Shown piece by piece: positions 38,683 through 46,756 of a DNA stretch of 64,000 nt; position 1 is the first letter of the stretch; the number at the start of each line of letters is the position of its first letter. The position numbers were made by a program, and so were the translations under genes. Source of the DNA: a candidate division WOR-3 bacterium UBA6260 (GTDB lineage: Bacteria; Hydrothermota; 32-111); NCBI GenBank assembly GCA_002441125.1, contig DJVI01000028.1, positions 35,377 to 99,376 of the forward strand, written 5' to 3'. The notes under the pieces are model-generated. The model had not been told where the DNA came from. It worked only from the letters and a program-made list of their open reading frames with translations, and did not search any database.

Positions 38683-40176
38683 CTTTTCTATACTCACATC
38701 TATCTGTGCTTTCTGCAATTTACCTGAATAATCGATGTAAACAGTTTTCTGTTCTGTGAATATTTCATAAACTGTCCATCCACCCTCTCTATGTCCATTT
38801 CCTGTATTCTTTGTTCCTCCGAATGGCAGATGACATTCGGCACCTATAGTTGGGCCATTAACATAAGTTATTCCTGTATCTATATCTTCAACTGCTTTAA
38901 AAGCTAAATTCACATTTTTAGTATAAATTGAACTTGAGAGTCCATACTCAACATCGTTTAAAACATCTATCGCTTCTTCAAAACTTTTTACCTTAATGAC
39001 AGATAGGACTGGGCCAAATATCTCTTCCTGCTCTATTCTCATTTTAGGTTTAACATCAACAAAAATAGTTGGTTTTACGAACCATCCATTTTTGCAAACA
39101 CCTTCTTCATACCTGTAACCACCTGTTACAAGTTTTGCTCCCTCTTCCTTTCCAATCTTTACATATTCCAAAATCTTTTTCATAGAAGCTTCATTGATTA
39201 CCGGACCAACATCAACACTCTCATCCCATGGATAGCCCAATTTCAAATCTTCAGTTCTTTTTACAAGTTTTTCGATGAAAAGGTCATGTATCTTTTCATG
39301 TAGGATCAACCTTGATGTAGCTGTACATCTCTGTCCCGCTGTTCCAAAAGCACCGAAAAGAACACCATCAACAGCGAGATCAATATCAGCATCATCCATA
39401 ACTATTTGAGCATTCTTTCCACCAAGCTCAAGAGAAACTCTTTTCAATGTCTTTCCACAAACTGATGCTATATGTCTTCCAATCTCAGATGAACCTGTAA
39501 AGGATACTACACCAATATCTTTGTGCTCAAGTATTGCGTTACCAACAGCACTACCTGGACCGTGAACAAGGTTCACAACTCCCTTTGGAAATCCTGCCTC
39601 TTCCATTATCTCAACAAGTTTGGTTGCAAGAGCAGGTGTATCAGATGCTGGTTTCAAAACAACAGTGTTCCCAGAAAGTAATGCGGGAAACATTTTCCAT
39701 GTTGGTATCGCTATAGGGAAATTCCATGGAGTTATAAGACCTGCAACACCGATAGGTCTTAAAAATGTTATAGCAACTTTGTTTGGTAATTCTGATGGGG
39801 ATGTTCTTCCAAAAAATCTTCTACCTTCACCGAAAGCGTAATAGGCTGTATCTATACCTTCCTGTGTATCACCTCTCGCTTCCTTCATAATCTTTCCCAT
39901 CTCTTCGGTCATAAGTTTTGCTATCTCTTCTTTCCTTCTCACCATTATATCACCAACTTTACCGAGCAGTTCACCCCTTTTGGCTGCTGGGACCTTTCTC
40001 CAACTTTTAAACGCTTCCTTAGCAGCTTTAACTGCAAGGTCAACATCCTCTTTATTTGATTTTGGGAAAACACCTACTATTTTACTCCAATCGGCTGGCA
40101 TTCTGCTTTCAAAAGTTTCTTTTGTAACAGAATCAACCCATTCACCGTTAATGTAATTCTTAAATTTTTGAGTCAT
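38680..40176 (-). CDS. NAD(P)-dependent aldehyde dehydrogenase
   Basis: YINGEWV...ITPWNFP..., the ELGGK-type motif LELGGKNAQIV, and catalytic Cys in GQRCTATSR. 498 aa. Confidence 0.85.
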   Translation of the reverse strand: MTQKFKNYINGEWVDSVTKETFESRMPADWSKIVGVFPKSNKEDVDLAVKAAKEAFKSWRKVPAAKRGELLGKVGDIMVRRKEEIAKLMTEEMGKIMKEARGDTQEGIDTAYYAFGEGRRFFGRTSPSELPNKVAITFLRPIGVAGLITPWNFPIAIPTWKMFPALLSGNTVVLKPASDTPALATKLVEIMEEAGFPKGVVNLVHGPGSAVGNAILEHKDIGVVSFTGSSEIGRHIASVCGKTLKRVSLELGGKNAQIVMDDADIDLAVDGVLFGAFGTAGQRCTATSRLILHEKIHDLFIEKLVKRTEDLKLGYPWDESVDVGPVINEASMKKILEYVKIGKEEGAKLVTGGYRYEEGVCKNGWFVKPTIFVDVKPKMRIEQEEIFGPVLSVIKVKSFEEAIDVLNDVEYGLSSSIYTKNVNLAFKAVEDIDTGITYVNGPTIGAECHLPFGGTKNTGNGHREGGWTVYEIFTEQKTVYIDYSGKLQKAQIDVSIEK

Positions 40177-40188
40177 AAAACCTCCAAT

Positions 40189-41103
40189 CTATTTTAATAT
40201 TTTTTCAAGTTCTAAATCTGAAGGGTATCTCTCTTCAAAAAGTGTAACTACTTCAGATTCATAATTTATTATCCTTCCAAAATCATCCACAAAAAGGGTC
40301 AATTTATCAAAACTTGAAAGTTCTCCATATCCTTTCATAATAATTGTATGATTTAAAGGTGTTTCGATAGCATTTCTTAAACCAATCCCATCGAATCCAC
40401 CAAGCATAATATCTATTCCTTCAACATTTTCCGCAATTATCCTATCATGTTCAAGACCAACGGATGTAAGACCTATTATAATTGAACATCTGTTTTTTTT
40501 CAATATATCAACAACCTCTTTAGTTTTCTCAATCTCTTTTTCAATAATGTAATATTTAGCTACCTCTTCATCCATATTCAATGTAGCATACTCTGAAACT
40601 AACCCAAAAATTCCAATTCTGATACCTTCCTTTTCCATTATAACATATTTTTGTGGTTGTATCTGGGAATCAACTATCTTCAGGTTAGATGATATCAGTT
40701 TTGGATTAAACAAATTAAAGGCTTCATTTAAAAATTTAGGACCAGCGATTATTTCATCAACACCTATATTTACAACATCGTAACCCATATAATTAAAGTA
40801 TAGGGAAGGTTTAGTAAAATCTGTTGAATCTAAATCTACAGATTTGTAAACAAAATTCCCAGAATCAAAGAGGAGAAATATCTGATTCTTTTTGTTAGCT
40901 AGCTCCCTTTCATATTTTACAGCTGTTGAAAGTGAATATATCCCACCAAGAACAGGTGGAAACTCAGGGTTTATAAATGTAGCTTCCCTTCTTTCAAGTA
41001 CATTCCTTATATCGTTCGTGTGTAATATAACTATCTCTTTTGAAAAAAGGGAAATAACAGTAAGAAAAAATGATAAGAAGAAAAAATTTTTTTTCATTTT
41101 CAC
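40189..41103 (-). CDS. Secreted 5'-nucleotidase-like (calcineurin-fold) protein with degenerate metal/catalytic motifs, probably non-catalytic
   Basis: Signal peptide. ILHTNDIRN replaces ILHTNDHHG. FDSGNF replaces LDAGD. GVDEII replaces GNHEFD. GGFDG replaces GGHSH. There is no C-terminal nucleotide-binding domain (304 aa). Confidence 0.55.
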   Translation of the reverse strand: MKMKKNFFFLSFFLTVISLFSKEIVILHTNDIRNVLERREATFINPEFPPVLGGIYSLSTAVKYERELANKKNQIFLLFDSGNFVYKSVDLDSTDFTKPSLYFNYMGYDVVNIGVDEIIAGPKFLNEAFNLFNPKLISSNLKIVDSQIQPQKYVIMEKEGIRIGIFGLVSEYATLNMDEEVAKYYIIEKEIEKTKEVVDILKKNRCSIIIGLTSVGLEHDRIIAENVEGIDIMLGGFDGIGLRNAIETPLNHTIIMKGYGELSSFDKLTLFVDDFGRIINYESEVVTLFEERYPSDLELEKILK

Positions 41104-41106
41104 CTC

Positions 41107-41676
41107 TTAGAAAACTGTTATTCTGTCAACAGATTTTTCAAGAATCTTTGTGAAATAACTTTCATAGATTTTACCTAAAGTATCCGATTTAATCAGAACT
41201 GAAGCTTCATTGTTTTTATCAAGAGCATGGTAACTCCAGTTCGTTGAACCAACTATTACAAAGATAGAATCAATTATCATCGTTTTTGCATGAAGGGTTG
41301 CTTCAGGATCATCATAGAAAACCTTAACTCCTCCACTTTTCAAAAAATCTCCAAGATCTTTATTCCTCGTGCTCTGATTTGGATTGAAACCTGACTGATC
41401 TAGAACTATTTTAACATCAACTCCCCTTTTTACAGCATCGAAAAGGGATTCATAAATTTTCTGGTTCACTCCATCCTTTCTTTCAGGATAGTAACCACCT
41501 TCAAGCATCATTATGTGAATAGTTTTAGATGAATTTTTTATAAGTTTTATAAGATTTTTTGAATACTCTCTGTTATTCATTGTAATAGCACCATCAGCCT
41601 GAAGAAAATTTAAACTGTCTGAAAAAATAAGTTTGAAAGTTAACAAAAATATAATTAGAAAAAATTGTTTTTTCAT
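41107..41676 (-). CDS. Secreted PLD-family protein with a single HKD motif (Nuc-like nuclease or phospholipase fold)
   Basis: Signal peptide. LHAKTMIIDSIFVIVGSTNWS matches HxKx4Dx6GSxN. 189 aa. Confidence 0.75.
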   Translation of the reverse strand: MKKQFFLIIFLLTFKLIFSDSLNFLQADGAITMNNREYSKNLIKLIKNSSKTIHIMMLEGGYYPERKDGVNQKIYESLFDAVKRGVDVKIVLDQSGFNPNQSTRNKDLGDFLKSGGVKVFYDDPEATLHAKTMIIDSIFVIVGSTNWSYHALDKNNEASVLIKSDTLGKIYESYFTKILEKSVDRITVF

Positions 41677-41684
41677 ACCAACTC

Positions 41685-42260
41685 CTAAGGTGTAATTGTT
41701 AAAGTATCTGATCTGAACTCATAAATCTTTTCAAAAAAATCCTCATACTTTAAAGATATATCTTTTGATTTCAAAGCTACCGCACATTCATCATTTTTTG
41801 CAAGAGCATAGAAACTCCAGTTTGTTGAACCAACAACCGTTATAGAAGAATCTATAACTATAAATTTCGCATGGGTTGTTATGTCTGGCATATCAAAGTA
41901 AACCTCAACACCAAATTTTCTCATATATTGTGCATACTCGTTATTTTTTACCGAAAGGGATGGATTCCATGATGACTGGTCAACAATTAAAACAACCTTC
42001 ACACCTCTTTTTACAGCATCAATCAAAGAGTTCTGAAGTTCAGTAGGTTCCCCTTCTGGATAATCCGGATAATAGCCAACCTGATAGATAACAGCATGAA
42101 TAGTTTTTTGTGCATTGTTAAAAAGTTTTATCAGAGTTGGAGTGTAATCCCTGTTGTTCATAGGGATTACTCCATCAACTGGAAGTAAATTTATCTTTTC
42201 TTGGGAGATTAAAAACAGAAAGAATATAAAAACGAATAAAGTTAAAAATATCTTTTTCAT
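41685..42260 (-). CDS. Secreted PLD-family single-HKD protein (paralogue of 41107-41676)
   Basis: Start at MKKIFLTLFVFIFFLF (AGGAG RBS 5 nt upstream). THAKFIVIDSSITVVGSTNWS. Same length and layout as its neighbour. Confidence 0.75.
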   Translation of the reverse strand: MKKIFLTLFVFIFFLFLISQEKINLLPVDGVIPMNNRDYTPTLIKLFNNAQKTIHAVIYQVGYYPDYPEGEPTELQNSLIDAVKRGVKVVLIVDQSSWNPSLSVKNNEYAQYMRKFGVEVYFDMPDITTHAKFIVIDSSITVVGSTNWSFYALAKNDECAVALKSKDISLKYEDFFEKIYEFRSDTLTITP

Positions 42261-42267
42261 AATACTC

Positions 42268-43428
42268 CTAAAATTTAACTGAAACATCACCAACAAATTT
42301 TAAAACTCTGTCAGTATAGTAAACATCTTCCTTCTCATAGTTAACATTCTTATAGTTTAAGGCAAGTGTAAAATCTGTCATACCGATTTTGTAAGTTAAA
42401 CCTGTTGTAAAACCTATATCAACCAATCTGTTGTCCTTCCTGTAAGGTTCATACATAAAACCATACATCATATCTATATTTTTATTCAGTTGATGTAAAA
42501 CTCCTATGTTGTATTTTATAAGATCATTGTAATCTATAAATTGACCGTTTAATTCACTCCACCTTTCATAAGTTATTGAAGAATAGAATACGGCAGGTGC
42601 AACATTTTTAGCCCTGTATTCCAAACCAAATGAGAATATGTCTGGAATTATGTAATAAACGGTTTCAGTCAAAAGGTTGGTGTCAGAAGCTATAACATCG
42701 GTGACCCTGTTAACTGTAATGTATGTTCTGATATTGTAAACGAAAGAAAGTTTAAGATCATCTTTATAATTATATGAAAGGCCAAAATTACCTCTTATCC
42801 CAGAATAATTCTCTTTCGCTGAAGAAGTTGAGTCTGTGTATGAAGGATCAACGAAAAGTTTTGAGTAATCATCTGAACCATCACCCTGCATAATCGAAAA
42901 GTTTGTTCCAAGGGTAAAACCCAAAATCTTGTAATTCAAGCTCAAAAAATATGTGTTCACATTCCCAATCCTAATCTGACTCTCATCGTATAAAAGAACA
43001 TAGTTATCGTTTCTATATATCTGTCTGTATGTATAATCGTTGTTTATATAATTTTCATAACCTATGTATAAACCAAAATCAGATATTGGCATATAACCTA
43101 AAATGTATGCAGGTTCACCATAAAGGAAACTGTTATCGTAAACATTCTTTTTGGCAACACTGTTTTCATAGGAATCAAAAATATATTTTGATCTCGTTTC
43201 TCTGGTCTGGAGTCCATAGAATCCGAGTGAAACAAAATAGTTTTGGGTTTTACATTCAACGGTTGGGTTTAAAAGTGGGTTGAAAAAGAAATCGTTGTTA
43301 CCTAATGCAGCACCCTTACTGAAAAGTGATGTGTTAAAATCACCAAGTCCAGTTCTATAAAGTGAAGTGTAAGGGAAAAGAGTTAAAGAGAAAAGAAAGA
43401 TTAAAATAATATAAAAAAACTTTTTCAT
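42268..43428 (-). CDS. Predicted beta-barrel outer-membrane protein
   Basis: Signal peptide MKKFFYIILIFLFSLTLF. Alternating aromatic/hydrophilic pattern. C-terminal ...VSVKF (terminal Phe). Confidence 0.5.
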   Translation of the reverse strand: MKKFFYIILIFLFSLTLFPYTSLYRTGLGDFNTSLFSKGAALGNNDFFFNPLLNPTVECKTQNYFVSLGFYGLQTRETRSKYIFDSYENSVAKKNVYDNSFLYGEPAYILGYMPISDFGLYIGYENYINNDYTYRQIYRNDNYVLLYDESQIRIGNVNTYFLSLNYKILGFTLGTNFSIMQGDGSDDYSKLFVDPSYTDSTSSAKENYSGIRGNFGLSYNYKDDLKLSFVYNIRTYITVNRVTDVIASDTNLLTETVYYIIPDIFSFGLEYRAKNVAPAVFYSSITYERWSELNGQFIDYNDLIKYNIGVLHQLNKNIDMMYGFMYEPYRKDNRLVDIGFTTGLTYKIGMTDFTLALNYKNVNYEKEDVYYTDRVLKFVGDVSVKF

Positions 43429-43436
43429 TTTTCCTC

Positions 43437-45857
43437 CTACCATCTGATATCTATCTGACAAGATAAACCAATAAGGTTTTTGTATTCATCAAAATCTGAT
43501 ATAACCTGAAAATCTGAATCTATGTAACGGTATTTGTTATTATAAACAGATATACCTGAAAATGTAGTTTCCTGATTTTTTAAGGATAGTTTCATCCTCA
43601 TAGAAAGAAGATCAGATATCCTATCAACAAAACTCAAGTACATCTTATCACCTTTTCCATAAAGGAAATCTATCCCATTATCCTCAAGTATCCATTGACT
43701 CATACCGTTAGTATTCCATGTCGCAAAACCACCAAGAACGGAAAAGAAATCGGTTATCCTCTTTTCATAGGAGAGGTTTACAAAAGAACCATCTATGAAA
43801 TTATTATCCGTGTTTCCTCCTGTTGTTAATTTAACCATTCCATACCTTGCTTCAAAATTAAGATAATCGTTGTTGGAAAGAACGGTGAATATCCTCAAAG
43901 TTGTTTCGTTAGTTACAGAGTTTGTTGAAACAATATTTTTATAAATGTTCTTTTCCTGTATTTTGTATTTTAACCTTATCCTAACAGGGAAAACAGGTCT
44001 TAACTCTATTTCGCTCTGGAATCTATAGTTAAGAAGGTTATAATCGAGAGTTCTCCAAATATCAAGGTATGTGTAGTTTAGTGTTAAATTTGATAAAATC
44101 CTATACCTTGTTTCAAGATATATACCCTCCTCAGGTCTTGGCCTTGGGTCATCGAGAATGTATGTGAAAAGCGGATCTATAAGTCTATAGGTTTTTTCAA
44201 ACTCCGTATCATCATATCTTGACTGCTCATAGAAAGGTCTCGAATAAAAATTTGTGTAACCAACATCGTACCTTCTTAAAAGACCTACAAAATAAAAATC
44301 ACTGTAAACCAATCCGCTTTTTATAACATAAGCTTTACTTTTATCCTGTAAAGCGAACTCCCCTTGTAAAAATAGATTTTTGTAAGCAGTTTGGAAATTA
44401 AATCCGTAAACATTCAACCTATCATTTTTAAATTCGTTAAGGTAAACAGGTATTTTCAGGTTGTCTTTATCGAAAGGTATATCCAAATTTAAACTATCCT
44501 GTTTGAAATCTTTGTCAAATAAAGAGTTGAAACCTGAAAATCCGATTTGTGTCACAAGTGGAAGGTTAAGGATCCCACCTATATTTAAAGCTACTTTCCC
44601 ACCTAAAGTTTTTTCACCATAAACATCTGTAAACTGATCTATATAAGTTTTTGTTAAAAGTGGTAGATTTACGGTTGAATCCCTGTTTAAAATTCCATCC
44701 CTTTTCATCTGAGACAAAAATAAAAGGTAGTATAATCTTTTAACATTTCCTTCCAAAGCTATACCGAAAAGGTTGTTTGCAAAAGATTCATTTAAATCAA
44801 CGAAAAGCCCGGAACTCCTGTCATATGTTCTTGAGCTCTTCTCATCAGTATTATCGAATATTAAACCTTCATTCAGAGTTACCCTATAATTCCCAAATAT
44901 CAAATTTTTTATAAAAGGTATATCTCTTACCTGAAAATATCCTTTAATATTTCTTTCTCCGATTGTTGAATAATCTGAAAACAATGTCCCAAAAGAAAGA
45001 TTGTTCCCAACATTCAGGATTATTTTGTTGTAAAGGTTTGAACCTATCTTTCTTTTCTGTAACTGCGAGTACTCACTTTCAATTCTACTTTTCAAAGAAT
45101 CAACTTCCTCTGAAGTGTAACCTGCCTTTAAAAGAGTATTCCTCAAATTTACCGAATCAGGATTTACTACCTCAAGTTGACTCAACCTGTATGATAGTTC
45201 ATTAGCGAGAGCAGAAAATGATGAGTATCCATAAGTATCATCGTTGGAATATTTCATCTTCGTTCTTATATAACCTGAGAGGTCAAAAAAACTTCTCTTT
45301 TCATCTTTGAAGGAAATATAGTTTTTCAAATTGGAATAGGCATAATAGGTCAGATTAGGTGTTCTTCTAAGATCTGTAAGGTATCTGTATGTTCTTGATT
45401 TTTTCCCCTGCATTATAGCTTCAACATCAGTTAACCTTACTCCATATATCTGTAAAAGTTCTTCAAAGCCAACCCTGTTAACATTGAGTTTCTCAACAAG
45501 CAGCCTTTCCCATAGATCTATAGCACCTCTTGAAGGGTTTTCCTCTCCAGCCAACCTGTCTTGAATTCTTAGGATGTAAATTGAGGTTGAATCTATAGTA
45601 GTGTCAGGTTTTATCATAATCTTTTCTTTCAATATTGAAAAGATCTCATAATCAACACCTTCTATATTCATAAGTTCATATATAGATTTAATCTCTCCAT
45701 GATTTTTTATATAAACTTTGATGTTGTTTATAACTTCATCAGGGATAAAGAGAGTATCAAGTGCAGATGGGTCTTGATTGTTTATATCTATCTTATCCTG
45801 AGAGAAAGTTATAGAAAAGATGACAAGGATTAAAAGAAAAATATATATCCTTTTCAT
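43437..45857 (-). CDS. Large outer-membrane protein with N-terminal ComEA-like helix-hairpin-helix modules and a C-terminal beta-barrel-like region
   Basis: Signal peptide. INNQDPSALDTLFIPDEVINNIKVYIKNHGEIKSIYELMNIEGVDYEIFSILKEKI follows the ComEA HhH pattern (IN..s...L..LPGIG...A..I..YR..nG.F.S.EEL..V.GIG.K.fe.lk). A second weaker copy reads VGFEELLQIYGVRLTDVEAI. The ~650-aa remainder is Y/N/S-rich and ends ...IDIRW. Confidence 0.5.
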   Translation of the reverse strand: MKRIYIFLLILVIFSITFSQDKIDINNQDPSALDTLFIPDEVINNIKVYIKNHGEIKSIYELMNIEGVDYEIFSILKEKIMIKPDTTIDSTSIYILRIQDRLAGEENPSRGAIDLWERLLVEKLNVNRVGFEELLQIYGVRLTDVEAIMQGKKSRTYRYLTDLRRTPNLTYYAYSNLKNYISFKDEKRSFFDLSGYIRTKMKYSNDDTYGYSSFSALANELSYRLSQLEVVNPDSVNLRNTLLKAGYTSEEVDSLKSRIESEYSQLQKRKIGSNLYNKIILNVGNNLSFGTLFSDYSTIGERNIKGYFQVRDIPFIKNLIFGNYRVTLNEGLIFDNTDEKSSRTYDRSSGLFVDLNESFANNLFGIALEGNVKRLYYLLFLSQMKRDGILNRDSTVNLPLLTKTYIDQFTDVYGEKTLGGKVALNIGGILNLPLVTQIGFSGFNSLFDKDFKQDSLNLDIPFDKDNLKIPVYLNEFKNDRLNVYGFNFQTAYKNLFLQGEFALQDKSKAYVIKSGLVYSDFYFVGLLRRYDVGYTNFYSRPFYEQSRYDDTEFEKTYRLIDPLFTYILDDPRPRPEEGIYLETRYRILSNLTLNYTYLDIWRTLDYNLLNYRFQSEIELRPVFPVRIRLKYKIQEKNIYKNIVSTNSVTNETTLRIFTVLSNNDYLNFEARYGMVKLTTGGNTDNNFIDGSFVNLSYEKRITDFFSVLGGFATWNTNGMSQWILEDNGIDFLYGKGDKMYLSFVDRISDLLSMRMKLSLKNQETTFSGISVYNNKYRYIDSDFQVISDFDEYKNLIGLSCQIDIRW

Positions 45858-45866
45858 AAAAAACTC

Positions 45867-46745
45867 CTAAAAGGAATAGGACAGCTGGATATGGTTTCTT
45901 GAAGGAAGGTTAACAACTGTTGTGTAACCATAATCTATAGATAGATTTTTTATTTTCATTTCAAATCCTATTCCAAGATTTGTTGGATAACTTCTTACTC
46001 CGGAATATATTGTGAACAGATTCTTTATTAACTGGTATTTCAATGAAAAACCGAAAGAAGTAGGTTCACCACTGACTTTTGAAATATCAAAATTTGTGGT
46101 CAAACTCTCATAAGGTAAGTAAGTCAAACCAGCAGAGACCTTTCTTGTTATATAGTATCTTTGGTTACTCATAGCACCAACAATATATGTGTCTGTGAAA
46201 TTCGAAACCGCAAGCCCAATAAACCATCTATCATAAACTTTACCTATCATTCCTAAATCAGCTGTATAGAATATATTGTTGTTAGCATCAACACCTTCCA
46301 TCTTCTGTTCGATAAAAAGAAAGTTCAAATTTGTTCCAAAAAATATTAGATCGTTGAATCCAAGACCGTATGTTAACTGGACAACTCTTTCTGTCTGCAA
46401 TCTCGTGTTAGTACTTAATAAAGAGTCACCGTTTGAATAATCACCGATTACGAAAAGTTCAGAATACTTTAAACCAATGTTACCATAATCTGAAAAGTAT
46501 CCTCCCGATAGAGAAGCAGCATGTATGAACCTGTAAAGATTCTCATAAGAAACTGATACCTGATATTTATCAAGCCCCATTATAGACGCTGGATTTACTG
46601 TGATATTATCTATTCCAGAGATCATACCGGTTGTTGCGTAGGCCATACTTTTTGTCTGAACATTACCGGGTATATATTCGAAAGCAGCATAAGAATAGAT
46701 AAAAGTCAAAAAAGAAATTATGAAAATTAAAATAATCTTCTTCAT
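45867..46745 (-). CDS. Beta-barrel outer-membrane protein, PorP/SprF-like (tentative)
   Basis: Signal peptide. N-terminal GIDNITVNPASIMGLDKYQVSVSYEN resembles the PorP/SprF NPAxxG...YRxQW start. C-terminal ...LSYSF. Sits immediately downstream of a T9SS-CTD cargo gene. Confidence 0.4.
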   Translation of the reverse strand: MKKIILIFIISFLTFIYSYAAFEYIPGNVQTKSMAYATTGMISGIDNITVNPASIMGLDKYQVSVSYENLYRFIHAASLSGGYFSDYGNIGLKYSELFVIGDYSNGDSLLSTNTRLQTERVVQLTYGLGFNDLIFFGTNLNFLFIEQKMEGVDANNNIFYTADLGMIGKVYDRWFIGLAVSNFTDTYIVGAMSNQRYYITRKVSAGLTYLPYESLTTNFDISKVSGEPTSFGFSLKYQLIKNLFTIYSGVRSYPTNLGIGFEMKIKNLSIDYGYTTVVNLPSRNHIQLSYSF

Positions 46746-46756
46746 CTTTTACCTCA

